A stretch of DNA of 64,000 nt, taken from contig CAZXAQ010000003.1 of NCBI GenBank assembly GCA_964638635.1, positions 32,133 through 96,132 of the forward strand, written 5' to 3'. Under the pieces are notes generated by a model. The model saw only the letters and a list, made by a program, of their open reading frames with translations. It did not search any database and had not been told where the DNA came from. Of this stretch, positions 1 to 8,241 are shown piece by piece; within the stretch, counting starts at the first letter, position 1, and every line of letters begins with the position of its first letter. This DNA is from an uncultured Flavobacteriaceae bacterium (GTDB lineage: Bacteria > Pseudomonadota > Alphaproteobacteria > Micropepsales > Micropepsaceae). The position numbers and the translations under genes were made by a program.

Positions 1-1546
1 TGCCGATCGGAATCAACCGCTCGCCGTCGATCGAATGCGAAAGCCCGAGCGCCGACAACAGAATGAACAAATTCATCTCGGCAATGCCGAGTTCGATGTG
101 CTGACCTTTCGGGCCGAACTCCCACGCGAATGTCGAGGGGATGCGCTCTTGCTTGAATGTGTCCGCCAGCGTCTCGCGCGCGAACAGCCCGCGCCGGTTG
201 ACCCATGGGCCGAGATTCGTCGACACCGTAACGTCCGGCGAGCAAGTCACGATCCGCGCCGCAAGCTCGCTCTTATCGCGCCCCAGCTCGTTCAGCAGAT
301 TGCCGAAACCCGCCTGCGTGGATTGCTCGGCCGCCGCAGGAAAGGACAACGCCGCCGGCACTTCGATGCGCGGCGCGGCGAACCGCCGCCGCCCCGCGCG
401 CGCAAACGGCACTTGGCCGAGGAACCGCTCCAAAGCCCCCTCCGGCAGCGCCAAACCCTCGAACCGCTCCCACTCGCGCCCCTCGCGCACGTTCATCGCC
501 GCGCGCAATGCGGCCATCTGCGTCGGCGTCATGAGGCCCGCATGATTGTCCTTATGCCCCTGAAGCGGCAGTCCAAAACCCTTGATCGTGTAGGCGATGA
601 AACACGTCGGCCGATCGTGATCGACCGCCTCGAACGCATCGAGCAGCGACGGCAAATCGTGCCCACCCAGATTGGTCATCAAGGCCGCGAGCTCGGCATC
701 GCTCCGCTGCTCGATCAACCGCGTGACCACCCCTTGATCCCCAATGTCGTCCAACAGACGCTTCCGCCACGCAGCGCCGCCCTGATAGGTCAGAGCCGAA
801 TAAAGCTGGTTTGGGCACGCATCGATCCACGCGCGCAACCGGTCGCCGCCCGGCTCCCCAAACGCAGCCTCAAGCAAAGACCCGTACTTCAGAATGACGA
901 CATCCCACCCGAAGTTGCGGAACATCGCCTCGAACCGCGACCACAACCCCTCGCGCACGACCGCGTCCAAACTCTGCCGGTTGTAGTCGACGATCCACCA
1001 CGTGTTGCGGACACCGTGCTTCCATCCTTCAAGCAGTGCCTCGAAGATGTTCCCTTCGTCCATCTCCGCATCGCCGATGAGCGCAACCATCCGTCCCTCG
1101 GGCCGGTCCTTCGCCCAATCGTGCGCGCGCACATAGTCCTGCACCAGCGATGAAAACAGCGTCTGCGCCACGCCCAATCCCACCGACCCGGTCGAGAAGT
1201 CGACGTCGTCGGCATCTTTGGTCCGCGATGGATAACTCTGCGCACCCTTGTAGCCGCGAAAGTTCTGGAGCTTCTCGACCGTCTGCTGCCCGAGCAGATA
1301 TTGGATCGCGTGAAAATTCGGGCTCGCATGCGGCTTCACCGCAACCCGGTCCTGCGGGCGCAACACGGCGAAGTAGAGCGCTGTCATGATCGTGGCGAGC
1401 GATGCCGACGATGCCTGATGGCCCCCCACCTTCAAACCGTCCTGGTTATCGCGCAGGTGGTTCGCGTTGTGGATGATCCAGCTGGCAAGCCACAGGACCT
1501 TGCGCTCAAGCGCCTTCAGAACGTCCAGCAGCTCGTCGCGCGGCAT
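1..1546 (-). CDS. Homodimeric-type pyruvate dehydrogenase E1 / transketolase-family ThDP enzyme (AceE-like), N-terminal ~515 codons; gene continues past window start
   Basis: Absent from ORF track because there is no stop in the window. My translation of the minus strand from ATG at 1546 reads MPRDELLDVLKALERKVLWLASWIIHNANHLRDNQDGLKVGGHQASSASLATIMTALYF...ALIGDAEMDEGNIFEAL...WWIVDYNRQSLD. The GGHxAS and GDxEMDE..N ThDP-binding patterns match AceE-type E1. I did not translate the whole frame; the two stretches I read (about 1000-1546 and 1-60) contain no stop. Plus-strand ORF 35..1153 is its R-rich antisense shadow. Confidence 0.7.
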   Translation of the reverse strand, partial: MPRDELLDVLKALERKVLWLASWIIHNANHLRDNQDGLKVGGHQASSASLATIMTALYFAVLRPQDRVAVKPHASPNFHAIQYLLGQQTVEKLQNFRGYKGAQSYPSRTKDADDVDFSTGSVGLGVAQTLFSSLVQDYVRAHDWAKDRPEGRMVALIGDAEMDEGNIFEALLEGWKHGVRNTWWIVDYNRQSLDAVVREGLWSRFEAMFRNFGWDVVILKYGSLLEAAFGEPGGDRLRAWIDACPNQLYSALTYQGGAAWRKRLLDDIGDQGVVTRLIEQRSDAELAALMTNLGGHDLPSLLDAFEAVDHDRPTCFIAYTIKGFGLPLQGHKDNHAGLMTPTQMAALRAAMNVREGREWERFEGLALPEGALERFLGQVPFARAGRRRFAAPRIEVPAALSFPAAAEQSTQAGFGNLLNELGRDKSELAARIVTCSPDVTVSTNLGPWVNRRGLFARETLADTFKQERIPSTFAWEFGPKGQHIELGIAEMNLFILLSALGLSHSIDGERLIPIG

Positions 1547-1671
1547 CAAATCGAACCATTGTCGAACACATGGGGGACCGTACGGCGCCCCACCGAACCC
1601 GGCAAGGCATGGGGCGGGCCAGCGAATTCGCGCTGGATTACCGGCCACCCGCAGGCCTAAACTCGCGGCCC

Positions 1672-2556
1672 ATGGAAATGCACCAAGTCCGCTACTTCCT
1701 CGCCGTCTGCCGCACGCTGAACTTCACCAAGGCGGCCGAGGAATGCAACGTCGCTCAGCCCTCGCTGACCCGAGCCATCCAAAAGCTCGAGGAGGAGTTC
1801 GGCGGCCTGCTGTTCCACCGCGAACGCGCCAATACGCACCTGACCGACCTTGGCCGGGCCATGCACCCGCACCTGGAACGCACGTTCGAGGCGGCGCAGT
1901 CGGCCAAGCAACTCGCCACCTCCTACAAGAAGGGCGACGTCGTCCACTTGCGCCTCGGCATTTCGCCGACCGTGCCCGCGTCCACGGTCACTAACGTTCT
2001 CGGCAGCGTGCGCCAAGCCGTCCCTGCGTTCGAACTCACGCTCGACGGCGGCGCCGATGCGAAGCTCCTGGAAGATGCCGTCGCCGGCGAACTCGATCTC
2101 ATCGTCGTCGGCGACGACCAGGATCTGCCCGAGCGTGTGCGCGCCTGGTCGCTGCACCGCGAACCTCTGGTCGCCGTGATGCCGAGTGGACACAAGCTCG
2201 CGAGCCAAAAGTCCGTCGCCATCGCGGACCTGAACGATGTTGAGGTCATCCAACTTACGAACTGCCCGATTGCGGATCGGATTCGTCAGATGTGCGCATC
2301 GGCGGGCGTAACGCCGAAGTTCACCACGCGCGCCGCGAATTGCGACCAGATTATCTCGCTCGTGCGCGAAGGCCTGGGCATTGCGACCCTTCCCGAAAGC
2401 ATGGTGGCGGGCGCAGACCTGATAACGAAGCCCATCGAAGGCCTGAACATCGAGCGCTCGATCACGCTAGGCACGGTCGCCGGCCGCCGCTTCTCGCCGG
2501 CCAGCGACGCGTTCGTGAAGCTCGCGCGCGCCCGCGACTGGGGCAGAAGCGCTTAG
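1672..2556 (+). CDS. LysR-family transcriptional regulator
   Basis: MEMHQVRYFLAVCRTLNFTKAAEECNVAQPSLTRAIQKLEEEFG is a classic LysR wHTH N-terminus. ATG at 1672 chosen inside the longer track ORF 1570..2556. Divergent from the E1 gene. Confidence 0.9.
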   Translation: MEMHQVRYFLAVCRTLNFTKAAEECNVAQPSLTRAIQKLEEEFGGLLFHRERANTHLTDLGRAMHPHLERTFEAAQSAKQLATSYKKGDVVHLRLGISPTVPASTVTNVLGSVRQAVPAFELTLDGGADAKLLEDAVAGELDLIVVGDDQDLPERVRAWSLHREPLVAVMPSGHKLASQKSVAIADLNDVEVIQLTNCPIADRIRQMCASAGVTPKFTTRAANCDQIISLVREGLGIATLPESMVAGADLITKPIEGLNIERSITLGTVAGRRFSPASDAFVKLARARDWGRSA

Positions 2557-3200
2557 GGTATCAGCCCCAGCTTCTTGCAATCGTCGTCGACGTGACCGCT
2601 CATCGCACGCGCTTCGGCAAGGTCCTTGTCGCCGCCTTTGTCGTCGCCGTTGCGCTTCTTGGCGACGCCGCGCGCGAAAATCGCTTGGGAGTAGCCAGTC
2701 CGGTTCTTTGCGGCGTTGTCGAAGAACGACTGCGCCTCCGAAAAGCTTCCGCCATGATAAGAAATCAACCCGCGCATCATGTAACTCGGCGCAAATTTGG
2801 GCTTCAGCTGTATCGTGCGATCGAAGTCCGCCTTCGCTTCATCGGCCCCCTGCCGAGCCATGTATATGAGCCCGCGCTGGAAGTAGAACTCGGCCGCCTG
2901 CCGCACGGTCAAAGCTTTGTTTAAGTCCGCCAGCGCCTCGTCAAGCTTGCCGAGCGCCAGGTAAGCAGCCCCGCGGGTCGCGTAATAGTCCCCCGTGTAC
3001 GGGTGCTTCACGTTCCCTGACTTGATGATCTTGGTGCACGCCGGAACCTGCTCCTCAGGCGAGGAATTGTTGAGCCCCATGCAGGTGCGCAAGTCCGCCG
3101 TTGTAAGCTGCCCCGGCTTCGGCTTCACCGGCTTGGAGGCGGCGTTGGCCGGACCCACGGCCAGCGCCGCCGCCACCGCCAGCAAAACGATGCGGTTCAT
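2553..3200 (-). CDS. Secreted TPR-repeat protein
   Basis: Signal peptide MNRIVLLAVAAALAVGPANA. Repeated TPR-like A..Y..RG.AY...G....A..D..KAL blocks. Last gene of the csgG-like operon, 5 nt after the upstream gene. Confidence 0.8.
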   Translation of the reverse strand: MNRIVLLAVAAALAVGPANAASKPVKPKPGQLTTADLRTCMGLNNSSPEEQVPACTKIIKSGNVKHPYTGDYYATRGAAYLALGKLDEALADLNKALTVRQAAEFYFQRGLIYMARQGADEAKADFDRTIQLKPKFAPSYMMRGLISYHGGSFSEAQSFFDNAAKNRTGYSQAIFARGVAKKRNGDDKGGDKDLAEARAMSGHVDDDCKKLGLIP

Positions 3201-3205
3201 GAGAG

Positions 3206-3952
3206 CTAGCCTCCGGCTTTCTCAAGCTTCGCCAATTCGTCTTTCGCTTGGGTGTTTCCCGCGTCGATCGAGAGCACCGCCTGCATGTCCGACTTCGCCT
3301 TGGCCTTGTCGCCCTTGGCCGCGTAGAGTTTGCCGCGATTGAAGTAAGCGACCGACAACCTCGAATCCAGCTGAATTGCCTTGTTCAAATCGGCGAGCGC
3401 GCGCTCCTTGTCGCCGTTCGCGAGATAGGCGGACCCACGTGCTGAGTAGCCCTTCGCATCGCCCGGCTCCAACTCGATCGACTTCGTGAGATCGGCAATC
3501 GCCCGCGGAAAATCCTTCTTGCCGGCGTAGACCAAACCACGATTGCTGTAGGCCGCGGACGCTTTCGGATCGAGCGCGATCGCCTTGTTTAGGTCGGCCA
3601 ATGCCTGATCATACTTGTTCTGCCCGATCAAAATGCCGGCCCGCGATTGGAGTGCTCGCGAAAAATCGGGCTTCAACTTCAGCGCCGCATTGAAGTCGTC
3701 GAGCGCGTTCTTACCCCCGCCGAGACGTAAATATGCCGAGCCGCGATTATAGTAGGCGCCCGCCTTCGCGTCAGTCGACACTTTGGCGCCGATGATCGCC
3801 GTGCACGCATTGGCGAGCGTCACCCAATCCGCGGCGGCCTTGCCGAAGCACTGGTCCGCCGCCCGCTGCAGCTCCGCCTTCGACGCGGCAAAGGCGCCCG
3901 TCGAAGCGACCGCGAACACCGCGCCCGCAGCCATCAATCGTCCGAAACCCAT
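3206..3952 (-). CDS. Secreted TPR-repeat protein
   Basis: Start moved to MGFGRLMAAGAVFAVASTGAFA (ATG at 3952) because the upstream part of the track ORF is R-rich junk. Contains 5-6 TPR units (YYNRGSAYLRLGG..ALDDFNAALKLKPD, AYSNRGLVYAGKKDFPRAIADLTKSIELEP and others). Confidence 0.8.
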   Translation of the reverse strand: MGFGRLMAAGAVFAVASTGAFAASKAELQRAADQCFGKAAADWVTLANACTAIIGAKVSTDAKAGAYYNRGSAYLRLGGGKNALDDFNAALKLKPDFSRALQSRAGILIGQNKYDQALADLNKAIALDPKASAAYSNRGLVYAGKKDFPRAIADLTKSIELEPGDAKGYSARGSAYLANGDKERALADLNKAIQLDSRLSVAYFNRGKLYAAKGDKAKAKSDMQAVLSIDAGNTQAKDELAKLEKAGG

Positions 3953-3978
3953 CGATCTTCTCCCAAGTGACGTCGGCC

Positions 3979-4416
3979 TTAGAGGCCGCCCTGCTTGCCG
4001 CCGTTCAGAATGTCCGACACTTCGTCGATGCTGTGGTTCGTCGTCGACGAGGTCGAGTTCGCGTTGCTGTTCGACGACTGATTGCCGTTCGAATGCTGAT
4101 CGACGTCGACGATCGCGCCATCCGAGTTGTTGATGATGATGCAGTTGTTGTTCGCGGTTGCCGACGAGCCGCTGCCGACGGAGCCGTCGCCGCTGCCGCC
4201 GCTCGTGCCGCCGCAAACGATCGTCGTGCCGCCGCCGCTTCCGCCGCCGGCCTTATCCCCGTCCTCGGCTTGCTTGATCGCGATCGCGAGGCCGGCCCGG
4301 TTGACCGGCGTGAAATTCCACGGCTCTTTCCCACCGAGAGGATCGGCGCGCGTCGGCCCTGCCGTCAACGCTGCCAACAAAACCAACGGCACCGCAACCG
4401 TTCCAAATTTCCTCAT
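3979..4416 (-). CDS. Small secreted Gly/Ser/Asn-rich low-complexity protein (candidate fibre or nucleator subunit)
   Basis: ATG at 4416 preceded by GAAGGTGAG. Signal peptide MRKFGTVAVPLVLLAALTAGPTRA. Mature part contains GGGSGGGTTIVCGGTSGGSGDGSVGSGSSATANNNCIIINNSDGAIVDVDQHSNGNQSSNSNANSTSS. Confidence 0.6.
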   Translation of the reverse strand: MRKFGTVAVPLVLLAALTAGPTRADPLGGKEPWNFTPVNRAGLAIAIKQAEDGDKAGGGSGGGTTIVCGGTSGGSGDGSVGSGSSATANNNCIIINNSDGAIVDVDQHSNGNQSSNSNANSTSSTTNHSIDEVSDILNGGKQGGL

Positions 4417-4483
4417 GGCGCTCACCTTCGATTGATTGTTTGCAAAGAAGGCGGGAGCTTTCGCCCCCGCCGCCAGGCTTTGG

Positions 4484-5506
4484 TTATTCCGCCGGATCAG
4501 GCACGCCAACGGTGATGCTGACGTTGTTGCCCACCGCCGTCGCCACGGAGCTGACGATCGGGCGGCCAAGGGTCGCCGTCAGGTCGTCCGTGTTCGGAGA
4601 CAGGTTCCGGTAGTTGTCGAGCGACACGTCGCAGACATTCGACACCGCCGAAACATTCGCATACGCGAACTGGGTGATGTCGGCGATCAGGACATGGTTG
4701 CTCAACAAGCCCGGATCAAGCGGTCCCGGGGGGCCGCAACGACCGTCGGTGCAGGTCGCCAGACGATCCGAGTCGCCACCGGCCGTTCCGTCGACGTCCG
4801 ACTTCAGCGTGACGCTGATGTTGTTCGCCACGGCGGTCGCCGAGCTGTCGACCGTTGCGTTACGGATGTAGAAGACGTTCGACTCCGCCGAAATGTTGGC
4901 CGGAGTGATCACGCCTGCGATCGCGCCCAACGAGAACAGGAGCGCGAGATCCGTATGCAGATTGCCGGCCGCAGGACTGGCGGGGCCACCGCTAAGCGAA
5001 GCAGTGGAATCCGCCGGCATCGCGGCCCTCATCGTGCAAAGCCAATCGCAGCCATTGTCGCCGTTGAAGCGCGTGTTGGCTACGAATTGCCCGTCGTGCA
5101 GGAACACCGGAACATCCGAGGTGATGCTCTGGTTGTTTCCGACGGCGGTTGCCGCGCTGATCACCGACGGCAAGTCGACCGTGGCGTCAAACGCGTTGCA
5201 GATGATCACCGGGCGGCAATAGACCCATTGGATCTCGAAACCCGGGTTGTACTGATTGTTAACGATGCCATGCACGTTCGACTGTGCGGTCACGTTGCCG
5301 AAGAAGATTTGCAACTTCTCGACCTCGACAAGGCCCGTGGAGTTAACATTGATGTCGATGTCGACATCGATGTCGACGTGTTCGCGCACGTCTTTCGTCC
5401 ATGACCATCTCACGTTGTCGAACGCCATGGCAGGTGATGCCATTGCGCAGACTGTGAGCACGCCGAGGCTGACCGCTAGAGTCCTCATACTCTTTAGCGT
5501 TTTCAT
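4484..5506 (-). CDS. Secreted repeat protein (3x bipartite N[VI][ST]A.SNV ... [AS]ATAV[GA]NN.S[IV]T units), candidate CsgG-dependent cargo
   Basis: Signal peptide MKTLKSMRTLAVSLGVLTVCAMASPAMA. Its ATG overlaps the csgG-like stop (ATGA at 5503-5506). Repeat motifs are visible in the translation. Confidence 0.7.
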   Translation of the reverse strand: MKTLKSMRTLAVSLGVLTVCAMASPAMAFDNVRWSWTKDVREHVDIDVDIDINVNSTGLVEVEKLQIFFGNVTAQSNVHGIVNNQYNPGFEIQWVYCRPVIICNAFDATVDLPSVISAATAVGNNQSITSDVPVFLHDGQFVANTRFNGDNGCDWLCTMRAAMPADSTASLSGGPASPAAGNLHTDLALLFSLGAIAGVITPANISAESNVFYIRNATVDSSATAVANNISVTLKSDVDGTAGGDSDRLATCTDGRCGPPGPLDPGLLSNHVLIADITQFAYANVSAVSNVCDVSLDNYRNLSPNTDDLTATLGRPIVSSVATAVGNNVSITVGVPDPAE

Positions 5507-6354
5507 TTAGTGGTCTCCCCATTAGGTTTAAGCTGCTCGAGATAAGACGACACATGGTCGTTCTCTACGAGGGCGCAGCTCGGATCCCTCGGTAGCCGCA
5601 GGAAGTCGGTCATGATCTGGTAGACGGCCATCTCGGCGACGGTACGCACGCCGAGTTGAAGCGGCTCGTTGCGCACATGGCCCGCCTCGAGCTCGACCAG
5701 GGTCGAATCCCAGAAGCGGAAGATGTCGGCCTCGACTTCGTAGCCGTAGATCTGCTTTTGCAGTGAGGAAACGTACGACACCGCGAAGTTCTTCGAGTTG
5801 ATCACCCGAAGATCGAGCGCGACGTTCACCACCGCCATGCGCGCCCCGCCGCCCACGCCGGCAACGCGCAACCCCACACCCCCTGTTACGATATTGTAGT
5901 TGAGCTCCGTCAACGCCCCGACCACGATGAAGTCGGTCGCCGGCAGCTTGCCGAACGCGTCTGCCGGCCGGCTCAAACGGTTCTGCTCGGCCAGTTTCAC
6001 TTCGGCCAAAGGAATGCGCAGGTCATAACGCTCGACCAGATGCGCCTTCCCCGTCTTGTAGAGCGCGCTCATAACCATCTCGGCCGCGCCCTGGGTCAGG
6101 TTGTTGCCCGCCTTGTCGTAGTAGGACACCTGCCCGGTCTTGTCGGCGATCTCGCCCACCGCAAAGACGGGCAAGTTGCTGGCGGCCACGCTCTGCAGTT
6201 TCCGCAGGCATTGGCTGTACGGCGTGTCGTTCGTGGTCACCGGATAGACGATGAGCGGCTTCACGCCGCTCGCGTCGCCGGGGGCCAAGCCCGCACAAGA
6301 TGTCAGTGTTGTTGAGAGAAGAAGCCCAAGTCCTAGTGCCGAGAGGCGCGTCAT
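5503..6354 (-). CDS. csgG: CsgG/HfaB-family outer-membrane secretion lipoprotein
   Basis: Lipobox LLSTTLTSC. Block-wise similarity to E. coli CsgG: V..I.D.TGQ, TQGAAEMVMSAL, LVER, TGGVGLRV.GVGGG, VALDLRVIN, Q.YGYEVEADIFRF, NEPLQLGVR. Start could instead be 6393. Confidence 0.9.
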   Translation of the reverse strand: MTRLSALGLGLLLSTTLTSCAGLAPGDASGVKPLIVYPVTTNDTPYSQCLRKLQSVAASNLPVFAVGEIADKTGQVSYYDKAGNNLTQGAAEMVMSALYKTGKAHLVERYDLRIPLAEVKLAEQNRLSRPADAFGKLPATDFIVVGALTELNYNIVTGGVGLRVAGVGGGARMAVVNVALDLRVINSKNFAVSYVSSLQKQIYGYEVEADIFRFWDSTLVELEAGHVRNEPLQLGVRTVAEMAVYQIMTDFLRLPRDPSCALVENDHVSSYLEQLKPNGETTK

Positions 6355-6777
6355 CGGATCCACCCCAGTTCGCGCATCGGAGGAATCCATCACCTCGCTG
6401 CGCTGCTCGGGCGGGAAATTACTTGCAGTTCATCCATCTCTGCACTGGAGACAAAGGCTGAGACTTCCGCGTCATCCGAATTACCCCGCTGGCGCGCACT
6501 CCTGTCGAAACACGCAGTCAGTCAAAATCATCCCCATCGGGCGTACCCCCAATGCCGCGCCGCGATGCGTCGCTCACCGACCGTCTGGACGCGGCGAGTC
6601 TCGATCGCACGTGACAAGTGCAGCCATCGCGGCGCTTTTCCGATCCCATCTCACTTGAGAGCACGACCGCCTACTTAAGTGGTATACGCCAATGCTCGCT
6701 TCACGTGCCGCACTTCATTTGTCATGCTCACAAGGCGAGTCGCGACCACGCGGCCCTCTAAGCGTTTCGAGGACACA

Positions 6778-7338
6778 ATGAAAGCAGCACGCATCTTTGC
6801 GACGGCCGTCACAACGGCGACGCTCACGATCGCCACGGCAAGCATCGCCGCAGCCGGCGAGCAGTATGCTTTTCCAAGCACGAACGGTGTGCAGGTGTCG
6901 GCGGTCTCCGCGCCAACCTTTGTCCGCCTGCCGAACGTCGCTCCGGCCGGGGGCATGTTTGTCTATGGCCAATCTGGCTTCGGCAGGCACGAAGCGCCAC
7001 CGCTGCCGGCGTTCGCCTATGCTCCGCCGCAAGCCGCGCCCTACGCCGGACGTTTAATGAGCCATGCGCTGATGGTAGCGCCGTATGCAAATTACGCGGC
7101 CGATTACGCCCGTCTCTTCGCGCCAAACTACGCTGTGAACGCCTGGACGGATCGCGTATTCGGCATCATCGACGGTGGCTACGGGGCGGTCGACGGCTGG
7201 ACGGCCGCAGCCTACGGCCTGCCTAAACTGCGTGGGCCCCGGCGCCGCGGCGAAAGCACGCCGGATCTGTCAACCATGCCGACGCTCCGCACGCACCCGG
7301 AACTCGCCAGCCCGACGTTCAGAAGCCAGGGAAACTAA
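6778..7338 (+). CDS. Hypothetical secreted Ala/Tyr/Pro-rich protein
   Basis: ATG at 6778. Signal-like MKAARIFATAVTTATLTIATASIAAAG. No recognisable domain. Confidence 0.5.
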   Translation: MKAARIFATAVTTATLTIATASIAAAGEQYAFPSTNGVQVSAVSAPTFVRLPNVAPAGGMFVYGQSGFGRHEAPPLPAFAYAPPQAAPYAGRLMSHALMVAPYANYAADYARLFAPNYAVNAWTDRVFGIIDGGYGAVDGWTAAAYGLPKLRGPRRRGESTPDLSTMPTLRTHPELASPTFRSQGN

Positions 7339-7344
7339 ACGCGG

Positions 7345-8040
7345 CTAGGCCGGTTTCGCGCGACCGTTGCGCGCGCCATTGGAGAGGTTGGCAAGGCCGT
7401 GCTGCACCGCCCAAATCGCCACCTGCGTGCGGTTCGTCGCGCCGAGCTTGCGCAACACCGTCTTCAAGTGAACCTTCACAGTCGCTTCCGTGATCGCCAG
7501 TTCCTTCGCGATCGCCTTGTTCGAGTCGCCGTCCGCCAGTTGGCGGATGATGTCGAGTTCGCGCTGCGACAACGCCACATCGCCAACGCGCAAGCGTTCG
7601 TTCGTGCCGGCATGGTTTGTCCGCATGGCGCCAAGAAAGTCCGTCAGCATGCTGGGAAACACCTTTTCCCCGAGCGCAACCAAGCGCAGCGACTCGATCA
7701 GCGCGCTTGGCGTAATGCTCTTCAGCAAATAACCATCGGCACCGGCGCTGAACATGTCAGCCAGATGCGCAAGCTCCGCGGACTCGGCGAACACGACGGT
7801 GCGTGCCTGAGGTTGCGAGACTTTCAGCGCCGATACAGCTGCCGGCCCCTGCGTGAAATCGAGAATGATGATGTTCGGCGAGGGCCCGTGAGATCCGTTG
7901 CCGTTGATCTCTTCAACCGTTGCGGCCTCGGCGGCGACCTCGAAACCTTTGCCGTCCAATTGCGATCGCAAACCTGAGCGAAGCAACGGATGCGCATCGA
8001 TCAGCCAAATGACCGTATTTTCCACCAGTGCCCCCTGCAT
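7345..8040 (-). CDS. Response regulator, receiver + LuxR/FixJ-type HTH (NarL/CsgD class)
   Basis: Receiver domain with IIILDF and GYLLKS. C-terminal LSQRELDIIRQLADGDSNKAIAKELAITEATVKVHLKTVLRKLGATNRTQ is a LuxR HTH. Confidence 0.9.
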   Translation of the reverse strand: MQGALVENTVIWLIDAHPLLRSGLRSQLDGKGFEVAAEAATVEEINGNGSHGPSPNIIILDFTQGPAAVSALKVSQPQARTVVFAESAELAHLADMFSAGADGYLLKSITPSALIESLRLVALGEKVFPSMLTDFLGAMRTNHAGTNERLRVGDVALSQRELDIIRQLADGDSNKAIAKELAITEATVKVHLKTVLRKLGATNRTQVAIWAVQHGLANLSNGARNGRAKPA

Positions 8041-8241
8041 CGCGCATTCCTCTACGGCTACAAAGCCGCTGGAAAGTTCTCTGCTTCCGAATATGTTTCG
8101 GAGTACCCCCTAAATAGGGCCCAATTACTTTAGTTGTAAATCGCTCGTCAGTGTACGTCCGCGTGACGAGTGCAACACTTGGAATGAATTCCTGTGAGAT
8201 TAACCATGAAGCATATAATCCTGCGCGTCGGCAACCATCTT

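Noticed and set aside
35-1153. 372-aa plus-strand ORF at window start
   Set aside because: Arg/Pro-rich nonsense translation. The opposite strand encodes an open, motif-bearing AceE-like E1 frame that the track omits because it has no in-window stop.
8041-8241. AT-richer spacer with a 7-bp-stem hairpin (CTCGTCA..TGACGAG), considered as a possible small RNA
   Set aside because: It is explained more simply as the terminator of the hydrolase gene plus the promoter region of the response regulator. No conserved RNA motif was recognised.
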